A stretch of DNA of 64,000 nucleotides from Octopus vulgaris (Eukaryota). Positions 1-12,584 of this stretch are shown here, piece by piece (position 1 is the first letter of the stretch; each line of letters begins with the position of its first letter). The notes beneath the pieces are model-generated. The model was not told the origin of the DNA. It was given only the letters and a program-made list of their open reading frames with translations, and did no database searches. Made by a program: the position numbers and the translations under genes. The DNA is taken from NCBI GenBank assembly GCA_951406725.2, contig OX597824.1, positions 94,922,001 to 94,986,000 of the forward strand. The letters run 5' to 3'.

Positions 1-179
1 ATCAGTTCAATTTTTCTTACCATAGTACGTGTTTTTTTTTTTTCCTTTTGTATTAAGAGTTTGAAAAAAAAATCTGTAAATCATTACAGCTGTATGCTTA
101 TTAATGTAGTAGCTATATTTTCCAAGTCAACCTAGTATTTTGTCAGTCAATTTGTACAGCCTAAACTGGGAAACTTTGG

Positions 180-218
<39 letters not shown>

Positions 219-419
219 CATCTTACAGCATCATGATCTTTTGCTCTTGATATTCCCCCCAAATAATCTATAAATTTAATTCTTGAAAATCATGTGGAAT
301 AATGTTCTAGCTGTTGGATTAAGTAAATAAGAAATTCAATACTAACTTTAGAATTTTTTATTTAAGCGACATAAATGAAAAACTAGCTCTGTCTTGATAT
401 AATAGTATTTTACAAACGT

Positions 420-424
<5 letters not shown>

Positions 425-480
<56 letters not shown>

Positions 481-629
481 ATATTAGGGAGTAAATCCAA
501 ACTTACAGGGAAAAATTAGATTTAGGATTAAATCTAATTTTATAGTATAAATATATATATTAAATTTTTCTATGTATTGGTTTATGATTTTCACTGTTTG
601 ATTTGCCTAATATGGTTTTATCTCTAATT

Positions 630-663
<34 letters not shown>

Positions 664-684
664 ATATATATGTATGTATGTATG

Positions 685-715
<31 letters not shown>

Positions 716-810
716 ATATATATGTATGTATGTATATATATATGTATGTATGTATATATATATATGTATGTATGTATATATATATGTATGTATGTATATA
801 TATATATATG

Positions 811-856
<46 letters not shown>

Positions 857-908
857 CATATATATATGTGTGCATATATATATCAATATATATGCACACA
901 TATATATG

Positions 909-945
<37 letters not shown>
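425..945. repeat. (TA)n/(TATG)n microsatellites around a short dispersed element (479-570) also present at about 44438-44535
   Basis: Direct reading; both loci share tattagggagta...aaacttacagggaaaaatt...ttaaatc. Confidence 0.85.
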
Positions 946-950
<5 letters not shown>

Positions 951-2225
951 ATTCTTGAACAAGACTATTATAGCTTTTGATGATGGCTTAACTGGTTGAA
1001 GCTTCGAAGTCACTGTCAGTAAAGTTCTTAATTCAGAATAATAGGTTAGTACTCTACTAAAGTAACCCATCAGGTTAATGTAAAATTGTTTCCATTATAA
1101 CTAAACATAAAAACATACATATATATATATTATATATATAATATATATATTTATATATTCATATATATTATATATATCTGAATGATTATAATATGTTTTA
1201 AAATCTCAGTATGAATTTATAAATCTCTAAAGCTATTTTTTATATATGTATATATATATACGGCTATTAAATTTGTGATCTTCAATTTCATAAACCTAAA
1301 ATTTTGTATTGCATTTAAAACGATATTGCTAGCTTTCTCAGCTCCCTTTTTAAAGTTTCAAGTAAAAGGTGTCTTTAATTATTTATCCCACACCTTATGT
1401 GGTGCTTTGGAAGTGATTAGGTTTTTCTTATAAATGTTAGTCATTTCTAGTTCATTTCAAGATTGAATTTATATTATAGACTTGTTCTGTTTAACCTCTG
1501 TACACACACACATACTTACACACACACACACTTACACACACACACTCTCTTAACACCCATGCATACACACGATTGTATTGTTCTTAAGTAAATCTCCTTT
1601 AACCATTACAGTATTGAGGTCAGATATATTAACATTACTTCGTTAGGTTTTTGTCATCAGATTGTAAACAACTCTTTGATTACTCTTGAAATTTGTGAGC
1701 GTTGAGGGTGCTTGTGTTCTATAAAAGTACAAAATTAAAAATGCTTGTTTTTTTAATTAATTTCTTAAATCAATAGAGTGGGGTTTTTTTTCATTATCTC
1801 TGTTGTTTGGAACTAAAGCCAACAACATCAGGTCAAGTCTTCCACAAAGTGCCAACTAACCTCTGCTTTTCTTCCTCATATACTACTCTCTTTATTTATA
1901 AGCTGCAACATTTCTTTGTAGACTAATATTACTGCTGCTAATGTTGCTGCCTGTAACCATTGGTGATATTCTATTTAGTTCTCTCTAACAATGTTTATAT
2001 TACTAGTGAAATAGGTTGTTGTTGTCATTTAGTCTGAACTCTATTTGTATTACGCAATAGAAGCAGTTCTGTAATGAAAACTTTATCAACATAACATATT
2101 TAATATAATATATTGTGTGTAGTTGCAAAAACCCAGAGGCTGTGGTTTTACTCCAGGAGAACTCCATTTCTGGTTGTATTGTGTTAATAAAACACTACTT
2201 CAGAGCTAAGCAAAATGATATCTGT

Positions 2226-2456
2226 TTCTTTATTACCCACAAGGGGCTAAACATAGAGGGGACAAACAAGGACAGACAAACGGATTAAGTCGATTACATC
2301 GACCCCAGTACGTAACTGGTACTTAATTTATTGACCCCGAAAGGATGAAAGGCAAAGTCGACCTCGGCAGAATTTGAACTCAGAACGTAGCAGCAGACAA
2401 AATACGGCTACGCAGTTCGTCCAGTGTGCTAACAGTTCTGCCAGCTCGCCGCCTTT
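2226..2456 (-). mobile_element. tRNA-derived SINE with Meta-domain-like core (family A), full length
   Basis: Head aaggcggcgagctggcagaa, B-box-like gagttcaaattc, core gtcgactttgcctttcatcctttcggggtcaataaattaagtaccag. Other copies at about 3343-3540, 7982-8135 and 26908-27125. Confidence 0.8.
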
Positions 2457-4328
2457 CGCTGGGCAAAATGATATCGTCCCAGAATTGACTCCAGTATTGT
2501 GTTTACTGTCTACAAAGGGGTTTTTCCCCTGGATGAAAGCCACAGCTTCTGACTTTTCAACTACACACATAAATGTTTAATTCTTTAGCATTTATATTAC
2601 TCTCTCAAATGTATTGCTTATTTATTCACATTGTTTTGGGTCAGTCATGGCTTATCTCATAGCTTTGAGGTTTCGGTTATGTGTCAGCTTAATTTTAAAA
2701 CGACATTGTAGGCTATGTGTGAGAGGCCAAATATCACCAGTTTAAATGTTAATGAGTTAAGTATGCTATATTAATGAAGTTACTAAAATATATGTTTGTC
2801 ATTAGAATTAAGCAAAAGACAAACAAGTTATGAAAATAGGAAAGTGTTAGTAGTCTCTACATCCAACCTTTTGTGAATTATTGTGCTGTATGACTCATCT
2901 ATCTATATTATTATTGTTGTTGGTGGTGGTTACTAGTTGTATATATAACGAAGGACCACAACTATGTTCAGAGACTGTTTTGTCAGCTTAGGAAGATATC
3001 TACTGCAAATATTTGCAGTCATTTTGCATCTGTCTTTTGTCAATAATCAGAATTAATGATATCAAAATGTAGTCTGGAGAGTTGCTAAACTCTGAAATAT
3101 TTCTTGTTTCGTTAGTAACGACCATTTCTGTTGTACGACTGGATTTTACTGTTGTTGTTGGGTTTTTTTGTGTCTGATAATTTGGTGTGGGACCAAACGT
3201 TTCATGGCATTTTTTAAAAAATTGAACTAAGCAGTGTGATTGATGTTCCTGTTATTCTGGCTTTGTTTCATTTCTCATTTCGAACCACTTCACCCTCATT
3301 GGTAAAATGCACATTAACGTCACAAATTCTTAAAATATCGGGTGGCAAACTGGCAGAATCATTAACATGCTGGACAAAAATGTTGAACAGCACTTTGTCC
3401 ATCTTTACATTCTGAGTTCAAATCCCACTGGGATCGACTTTGCTTTTCATCCTTTTAGGGTCAATAAACTACGTCCCAACTGAGCACTGGGGTTGATGTA
3501 ATCAACTTGAAATTGCTGGCCTTGTGCCAAAATTTGAAATTATCATTATTACTATTATTTATATTCATCTTGGGAGGTTAGTAGGTCATGGTATCAACAG
3601 AATGCCGTACATTATTTTTGCTCTATTTCAGTTGAATCACCTTGCATTTCTGAGTTGGAATCATATTTGTATCGACTCAGCTGTTCCTTCCTCCACAGTT
3701 AATAAGATAACTATTGGCCAAGCTGGTCTGGTCGGCAGTTCTCTGTGTAGCCATGTATTCCTATGCTAGAAATCACCATTATTATTTCGTTCACTTTGCC
3801 ATTGCTCCTAGGAATTATCTCCAACCACCATCTCCATTCCTCTCGATGTATATTGCAATGCCTACTTCGAAAAATAACTCACACTTCTTTACAACAGCTA
3901 CTGTTAGTACTCTTGTAATGTTATTACTCATTTTACCCCACCATTAGTAAAAACCTAGTGTCTGTGTGTGTGTGCTATATTCATGACTGTGCAGTAAGAA
4001 GTTTGTTTCCCAACTACATGCATGGCAGCTTGGGCAAGGTTTTCCACTATGGCCTCAACAGTGGGTTTGGCAGACAAAAACTGAAAGAAGCCTATCTGTT
4101 ATAATATCCTAAAGCTCTTAAACCAACTAATGTGTTTCTCCATTTTCTTATTTGCAACATAAATTAATGGTAAAATTTTTCTTTACCTTCACCCATTTAA
4201 TACAATAAGTGAGTTTTTTGCATTGCAATTAAAAACACTTGTGTATTAATAATTTGGGTAGTATACCAACAGTATATTGGATAAGTATTATTCCTTAGAG
4301 GGTTTGATCCACAACCCCTAATATACTT

Positions 4329-4386
<58 letters not shown>

Positions 4387-5224
4387 TATGTCTTTTTGTC
4401 TGTGTTTGTCCTCCCATCATGCTTGACAACTGGTGTCGGTGTTTATGTCCCCATAGCCTAGCAGTTCAGCAAAAGAGACTGATAGAATAAGTACTGGGCT
4501 TTAAAAAAAAGTCCTGGGTTTTTTTTTTCTCCCATGACTAAAACCCCCTCAAGGTGGTGCTTCAGCATGGCCACAGTCAAATGACTCTAAAAAATGTAAA
4601 AAAATAGAACATAGATATAAATCAAAATTAAAGAATAGGTAATTGATCAACATCTTGCCCTCAAAAATTGCTGACCCTGTGTTATCATCATCATCATCAT
4701 CATCATTATTTAACATCTGTTGTCCATGCTGGGATGGGTTGGACAGTTTGACTGGACTGGCATGCTGGAAGGTGTATCTAAATCAAAAAGCTTTACAGTT
4801 AAAAGGTTGTAGTTTTTGAACTTCACTAGTAATTTCAGTGCTGGAATTCACAAACTCTATGCTTAAATATACTATGTGTAAACTTTTCTGATTCTTTTCT
4901 AATTTCTATGAGTTTTAAGTTTAAAGGTCATCACTGATTTGAGAGATTGTTGTGTATATTGTCGTCCTGTTCATATGCTTTGCTTAAAACTAAAAACAGC
5001 CTCATTTATAATCATCCTCATCCAATAATAGTCGTAGTTCTTAACCTAACAGGAATTATTAGGAACAAGAATGAAAAGACGGCGAACTGTCGCAAATGCT
5101 TTAGCATATTGTCCCATAACCAAGTTTATTGAATGTCTTTGCAAAACCTCAATGTACCATGAGTACATTTCGTTGACTGAGTATTTTAAACAACACACTC
5201 ACTAAGAGGATATAAATCATATAT

Positions 5225-5262
<38 letters not shown>

Positions 5263-5633
5263 ATATATATATAAATAAATGAAAGAATGGAGTCGAACGA
5301 AGATGTTAACAAAATTCCTTTACTCTCGACATATGTTTCGAAGACAGCATATTTTCATTCCAAAGGAATTTTCCATGCTGACGATAAACATAGGATAATT
5401 CATTCACCTACTTAAATATATATATATATATATATATATAAACAAAACATTCAAGCGCTAATATTTGAAATAAGATGTCACTATTGTTAATATTAACACT
5501 AGTGACATCTTATTTCAAATCTTAAAGTTTGAATGTTTTGTTTATAAATATTTCTCCACCATGTGCTGTGTTTTTGGCGTAAAATAAAACCAGTACACTA
5601 GTGGAGTTTAATGTAATGGCCTTGAATTTTTAC

Positions 5634-5705
5634 TAGGTCATCTACGCTGAAGAGGCTCAAGGATTAAATTTCCAAAAGCCGAAACCCGGGTATGAGGATG
5701 TCCTA
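5634..5705 (+). ncRNA. Minimal type I hammerhead ribozyme
   Basis: Stem I taggtcatctacg / tgaggatgtccta; core CTGAAGA (5647-5653); stem II ggct...agcc; GAAA (5681-5684); palindromic stem III ACCCGGGT; GUA cleavage triplet ending at 5692. Confidence 0.8.
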
Positions 5706-5880
5706 AACTGCATAGTCTTTCATAGTTGTGCTTTTGAATGTATTAATTCTTTCTGTTTCCTCGCCTTCTGTAATTTATCTGTTATCTTGGTGCTTTATGG
5801 TGGTTTAATTACGACTTTAGCTCTTATTGCTATCTGGTTGATGCTTTTCTGCATCCTTATGCACTTCGTTCTGATTTGTA

Positions 5881-5924
<44 letters not shown>

Positions 5925-7401
5925 TACACACATATGTCAATGAAATTTCAACATAGGCCTAAGTTTCGTGTTTGATTTTCGAATGTTTAACAATTTTACA
6001 TAAACTGCATAACCCTGAAGATTGCTGAAAACATAAAAGTACTTTTATAATATATTATAATATAATATATATAATATTGTAAAATTGTAAAACACAGAAA
6101 AATAAAACTTGAAATTCAGACTATGTTGAGATGTCATTGACTAATATATTTATCTATACACAATTATACAAACTCATACACACACACACACTCACACACA
6201 CTGTTAATGTATATTGTAATGATAGAAGTGTGTAAAATATATTGATGTATGTTATACAGGAATTAAACCAGTAATATATAGCTCAACAAAATTAAGTCAA
6301 ATAAATATCTTAAATCTCATCTTGTATGATATAAAATATATGTGTGTGTGTGTATACATGTATGTATATTTGTGTATATATGAATGTGTGTGTATATATA
6401 TGTATGTGTGTGTTTATGTGTACATGTAAACACAGGAATAATTCATCATGACAGATAATGTTAGGTCTGTTTTTCTGCTACTTTGACAATATCAGGTAAT
6501 GTTTATACAGCTACAATAATTTTACCCCCCCTTTTTTTTCATATTTTGTGATGAACGACTTATTCATGATATGAATATTCCTTTTCAAAATGAACATGTT
6601 TATTAAATTAAAAAGTAAATGAAATGTAGCAAATTTCTCATCTCTATATCTCTAATGTACATTATTAATATCGCTGCTACTGTTTAACTATTAACTATTG
6701 CTTACCAACTGTGACAAAACTTCCCAATCATGGTTGATACATTGTTCAAATCATGCTTGATACGTTGTTAGTATATATTAATCAAGGGAGATAAATACAT
6801 AAGGTTAATTATTTCCCTTTAGGGGCTGGGCAAATAGTGATGGAGACATACTGCAAATTTTTTTGTTGTTTGTATGATTTCAATTGTATACGAGATCAGT
6901 TGGGTGTGGGGAAAATTACTTTATTCCATAAATATTTAATATCATCTCTTAACCTTCCAAAATTGTTTTTCATCCTTATAAGGTTACTAAAATATGTACC
7001 CATAAAGTATGGTTATGCGTACTAGGATAAGCATGGCTACAGTCCAGTGACTGAAATCAATAAGAAAATAGAAGTAAAAATAAATTCATACTGTGTGTGT
7101 GCATGCACATATATTCATGTATGTATTTGTGGACTTATGTGCATATCTGCATACGTCTCAGTTGTATGCATGCATATTGGTATGTGTGTATATATATATA
7201 TGATATAGATATAGATAATGGTGTCATTGAGACCCAAAGATGTCAGGTAATGCTGAATAAGTGCTATAGACAGACCATACTTAAGTTCCAGATTCGGTAA
7301 TATTGCGAATAAAGGGTTCAACGTTGGTTCTATGTCAGCGTGTGTATATATGGATTTTTTGTGTATAGAGATAAAAAAACCAAGGCATTTTTAGATAGAG
7401 G

Positions 7402-7456
7402 GTCTTACAGCTGTTTCTAGAATATTAATTAATAATAATATCCCTTCATCGGAGAC
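7402..7456 (-). ncRNA. Minimal hammerhead ribozyme (U4C core variant), with an inverted partial copy at 7495-7545 (+)
   Basis: Minus strand: gtct CCGATGA agggatatt...aatattcta GAAAC AGCT GTA agac. Stem I gtct/agac; palindromic stem III ACAGCTGT. Confidence 0.7.
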
Positions 7457-7719
7457 GGTGTGAGAGGAAAAGTTAAGTCATAGTTAGTTTCGATGTGATG
7501 AAGGGATATTATTATTAATTAATATTCTAGAAACAGCTGTAAGACCTTCTATCTATAAAAGCTCTAATATCTATACAGCCTTGGCTTTTTTATCTCATTA
7601 CACAAAAAATTCATATATATATACGCACACACACACACATATTGAACGAATAACAAAAGAGTACTCAATGCATGTAGAAGATATGTTTTTTTTTATTTGA
7701 AAATGAAGCTGGAGTTAGT

Positions 7720-7805
7720 CTTATGACATTAGTTTCACATCACTGTGCTCTTCAGGTGACGGTCATGCCTGAAGATTGCCGTGGCATGAAATTTGAGTCA
7801 TGAGG
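7720..7805. ncRNA. Divergent pair of degenerate hammerhead motifs at the centre of an inverted repeat (about 7670-7862)
   Basis: Minus: CTGAAGA gcacagtgatgt GAAAC taat GTC. Plus: CTGAAGA ttgcc gt ggcat GAAAT ttga GTC atga. Stem I is imperfect in both. Confidence 0.55.
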
Positions 7806-8491
7806 CAAAAGTTTTAGCTTCGTTTTCATTAAAAAAACCAATGTATCATACATAAATACATGTCTCTCTATTCCCCTCTCCTGCACACACAGGCCCCTGA
7901 TGAACCCTGTTCTAGTTTTATGCCCTTAAAATTAACTCTGTATTTGCAGAGTAATTATAAATTTAATCACAAATGTACACACGTTCTGAGTTCAAATTCC
8001 GCCAAGGTTGACTTTGCCTTTCATCCTTTCGGGGTCGATAAATTAAGTACCAGTTGCATGCTGGGGTCAATCTAATCAACTGCCCAGTTCCCCCTTGCCC
8101 CAAAATTTCGGGCCTTGTGCCTAGAGTAGAAAAGAACAATTATATTATACACACATGCTTAACATCTTTTAAGAATATATTTTGTATAATGTCTATTTTT
8201 AGTAAAACTTAAAATGTAGTCTTTGATTTGTTCCTTATTTGTATTGTAATTCCTTTACTTCAGATTTTATATGATAAACTAGTTGTGAATATGTAAGTGT
8301 GTGTGAGTATGCTGTGTTGTGTGATTTTGTGTGTGGGCCAACAGTTGGGCCAAAAGCACACACAGTAGGTGGGAAATGCCTCGAAGTAAGTAAAAGAGTT
8401 GTGCTCCAGCACAACTACAGTTGCATGGCTAAAACAAGTAAAAGAATATATATATGTATATATGCTTTATTTAAAAACAGCAGAAATATAA

Positions 8492-8540
8492 CAAAAGCTG
8501 TTACTCGGAGTTTCACGTTCCCGTTCGTCGGACAGTTTTG
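8492..8540 (-). ncRNA. Minimal hammerhead ribozyme (U4C variant) in the left arm of inverted repeat 8459-8607
   Basis: Minus strand: caaaactgt CCGACGA acg ggaa cgt GAAAC tccga GTA acagcttttg. All three stems pair. Confidence 0.72.
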
Positions 8541-8679
8541 TTAAAAAAACATGAAACTCCGAGTAACAGTTTTTGTTATATTTCTGCTGCTTTTAAATAA
8601 AGCATATTACTCTACCTCTGGTATTTGAGTACTCTTTTTTCCACCTTGTTTCACATTCATGTGCTTACTCTGGTGTGTG

Positions 8680-9325
8680 TATATATATATATATATAATT
8701 TTATGATTATATATATATAATTTTTTGATTATATATATATAATCATATGATTATATATATATAATTTTATATATATAATTTTATGATTTTATATAAATAA
8801 TTTTATGATTTTATATATATAATTTTATGATTTTATATATATAATTTTATGATTTTTATATATATAATTTTATGATTTTATATATATAATTTTATGATTA
8901 TATATATATAATTTTATGATTATGTATATATAATTTTATGATTATATATATATATAATTTTATGATTATATATATATAATTTTTTGATTTTATATATATA
9001 ATTTTATGACTTTTATATATATAATTTTATGATTTTATATATATAATTTTATGATTTTATATATATAATTTTATATATATAATTTTATGATTTTATATAT
9101 ATAATTTTATGATTTTATATATATAATTTTATGATTTTATACATATAATTTTATGATTTTATTTTTATGATTTTATTTTTATGATTTTATGTATATAATT
9201 TTCTAATTTTATATATATAATTTTATGATTTTATATATATAATTTTATGATTATATATATATGAAATTTTATAATTTTATATATATCTATAACTTATATA
9301 TATAATTTTATATATATATATAGAA
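8680..9325. repeat. Minisatellite with a unit of about 20-21 bp (atatatataattttatgattt)
   Basis: Roughly 25-30 degenerate tandem copies are visible. Confidence 0.9.
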
Positions 9326-10052
9326 ATATATATTGGTGTGTGTTTGTATGTATTGGATTTAGATTGAGCTTTGTCATTTGTTTTCCTGTTTTTTTTGGGT
9401 TTTTTTGATAATTTGTGTGTGTAAAGAATTATACTTCTCACATAGGCACACACATTCACACAACATGTTCTGAATAAATACATTTTTAATATTTTAACAT
9501 TTGTGCAATCTGTAAAGCTGTTATTTTTAGTAATACTTAAGGAAAGGTACTTTGTCTTGTATAAACTAGTTCTAAGTCTGTGTGGGTGTATGCGTGCCTG
9601 TGTTCATGTATGGTTGAACGTGTGTGGAACTAGAGATCTGCATTGTTAGTGACTAAACTAGCGACTCCAACCCCCAACAAGTTTACTTGTTTAGGAGGGT
9701 GATTTGGGGTACCCTACAGGATAAGAAAACATAACCTGTCAAAGAGTCAATGGCCAGCACCCAATCCACTCTGTAAAGTGGTTGGTGTTAGGAAGGGCAT
9801 CCAGCCATAGAAACCATGCCAAAGCAGACAGTGGAGCTAGGTGCAGTCCTCTGGCTGCCAGCTCCTGTCAAACTGTCCAACCCAAACCAACATAGAAATG
9901 GATGGACGTTAAATAGTGATGATATATATATATATGTGTGTGTATGTATATATAGATTTGTTACATGTATATATATATATATATATGACCGCGTGTGTAT
10001 CATTGGCGATTTTCTTTCCCCTGTCTTCCCTTCCTTGGATCTTTCCTTTTCC

Positions 10053-10090
10053 TATTTTTCTGACGAAGAGCTCTGCTTGAAACGTTAAAT
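10053..10090 (+). ncRNA. Ultra-minimal hammerhead motif in a (TA)n-flanked element (about 9985-10178)
   Basis: atttt t CTGACGA agagc tct gctt GAAAC GTT aaat. Stem III is reduced to AACGTT and stem I is weak. Confidence 0.55.
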
Positions 10091-10177
10091 CCTCCTTTCT
10101 TTCCTTTCCTGAGCATCCAATAACACTATACTTGTTCCACATCCTCGTGTTGTTGTATTTTCATGTTTGGATTAACT

Positions 10178-10320
<143 letters not shown>

Positions 10321-12443
10321 TTGTGCCGGTGGCACGTAAAAGTGAACCATCCGAACATGGTCGATGCCCGTCCCCCACCGGCTGGTTCCTGTGCTGGTGG
10401 CACGTAAAAAGGACCCACTACACTCTCAGAGTGGTTGGCATTGGGAAAGGCATCCAGCTGTAGAAACCTTGCCAGATTAGATTGGAGCCTGATGCAACCT
10501 ACTGACTTACCAGTCCCCAGTCAAACCTTCTAACCCATGCCAGCATGGAAAACAGACGTTAAACAATGATGATGATATGTATATATGCATTTATATTCTC
10601 CCATGTAAATCCACAGGACAGACAGACTCTCTCACTAGAAAATTTCAGTGTTTATAGCTTTTGGTGGTATCATTCCTGTTTTTCTTGTTGCTGTTTTAAT
10701 GGCTTCAAACATTTAGAGAACAGCAGATGTGTTGCACAAGCATTTGTCACCATAAAATTTCATGTGTTGGTTACATTTTGTGCCATTTTCATTTTTCCCC
10801 TGACACAAAATAGGACTCAAGCTTTTCGGAACCTGAAACGGCTGTAGTTTTGTATTGGCAGTTGAGATGTTAGATGTTTCTTTGACGACGATATGATCTC
10901 TACTTGCATGCTTCTCTGGCTCATAGGTTGGTTGAAGTGCTGCCAGTGTGTAGTGGCACCTTGGTCTTAAACAGGCTCTCGTATGTCTTCATCAGCATTA
11001 TCATTGGGACCCACAACAAGTTGGCACCACATCGGTAGATTTTAGCATAATGGGGGTCACACTCGATAAGATATTAAGATGTTGCCATCCACATAATTTG
11101 TGTGTGTATTGACATATATGTTTGTGTATGAGTGTGTGTGTGTATATATATGTGTATAAGCATGTCTATATATGTGTGAATGTGTATATGTGTGTGTGTG
11201 TGTATATATATATATACATAGTCCCACCCATGCTAGCATGGAAGGCAGATGTTAAACGATGATATACATATATAGATATATAGATATATTTATATTTATT
11301 TATATACATACATACATGTATATGTGTGTGTTTGTATACATATATGTGTATGAGTGTGTGTGTGTATGTAGATACGCAGACATATCTGTGTGTATCTACA
11401 TATATGTAGATACACAGATATAAAATTAATTTTGAACTTGAATTCCAAGTGTCACTTGATGGCTAATTCAGCCACTGATTGAATTAGCCGTCAAGTGAAA
11501 ACAAATTTTACTGGTGTTGAGTCCCCCGTCATTAAATGTTTGGTTGTTATTCTTAAAATTGCTTCAGAATATCAACCGTGTGCATACATGTGCACACCCA
11601 CGCACTGGCATGTGTGCGCACAAATTCAAATGCACATGTACTTGTGAATTTCGGAAGCAGTTTCATTGTTTGTTGTTGTTTTTCTCCTAGAAATAATTTG
11701 TATGTATATGGGGTAATTTAGAAGTATATTATTACACATGTATATACACATGTACATATACACATGCACACACTTCAAACTTAATATGTTTTAGGAATAA
11801 ATACACTTTTATAAATTTAAACACCTGTGCAATCATTTATGATATTTGGCTGTTTATAGTAGTAGTATTATTTATGAAAATGCACAGACCGTTTTGTAGC
11901 TTTATTATAATTCCTCTACCCTAAACATATGTGATTAACTAGTTTTAAAACCTGCAACTTGTATTTTAACGGTCCTTTAATATATCCTAGTTTTTAAGCT
12001 AATTTCAACCAGTTAGTAGTGTTACTATATTTATAAAGTATTAGCTGTCGTATAAACATTTCTTCTCCAGATAATATTATCAATTTTTACCAGTTTAGAA
12101 GTTTATTTAGCAATAAAATAAATTAAAATCATTATGGGTTATTTATATTAATTACTAAAAGCATTCGTCAAAATGTTAATATGTTTGTTCACAAAAGTGT
12201 GCCACCATATTTTGTTGTGATTTGATAGATCTGCTAAAATATATTCTTCGTTACTTTCATAATTAATTAATTAATTAATTTGTAATTTCTTTAATTTTTT
12301 TATCCTTTCTACATGTACATGTTCCGTTGTAACTGTTTTGATAAACTTAGGCTATTTTAATTAGTTAATTCTTTAGAGGTTTTATGATTAAAATGAAAGA
12401 ATTTCAACTCATGTTTGTGTGTCTTTTTCTGAATTGTTCACAG

Positions 12444-12584
12444 CCCGGAAAGTTTATTATTGAAGTTAAGGACCTTTCAAACTATGAAAGTTACCCCATA
12501 TGGAAAATTGAAAATGGAAAGATGTTACACAAATATGAATTAATCATAGAAGATGGGAAGATTCGACACCGAGCTGTTCCTACA
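12444..12584 (+). CDS. Coding exon A (PGKFIIEVKDLSNYESYPIWKIENGKMLHKYELIIEDGKIRHRAVPT)
   Basis: Acceptor ttcacag|CCC, donor ACA|gtaagc, 141 nt, phase 0/0; lies inside ORF 12384-12695. Confidence 0.88.

Noticed and set aside
624-1070. IY/MYV-rich ORFs (also 10132-10418, 41261-41929 and 53988-54198)
   Set aside because: They are translations of (TA)n/(TG)n microsatellites.
7896-7910. Lone CTGATGA (similar lone hits at about 13786, 32788, 50584 and 62005)
   Set aside because: No properly placed stem II, GAAA and GUH, so these are chance heptamers.
10600-11090. Possible upstream coding exon or LINE fragment
   Set aside because: No frame-compatible exon with good splice sites and no recognisable motif; left unassigned.
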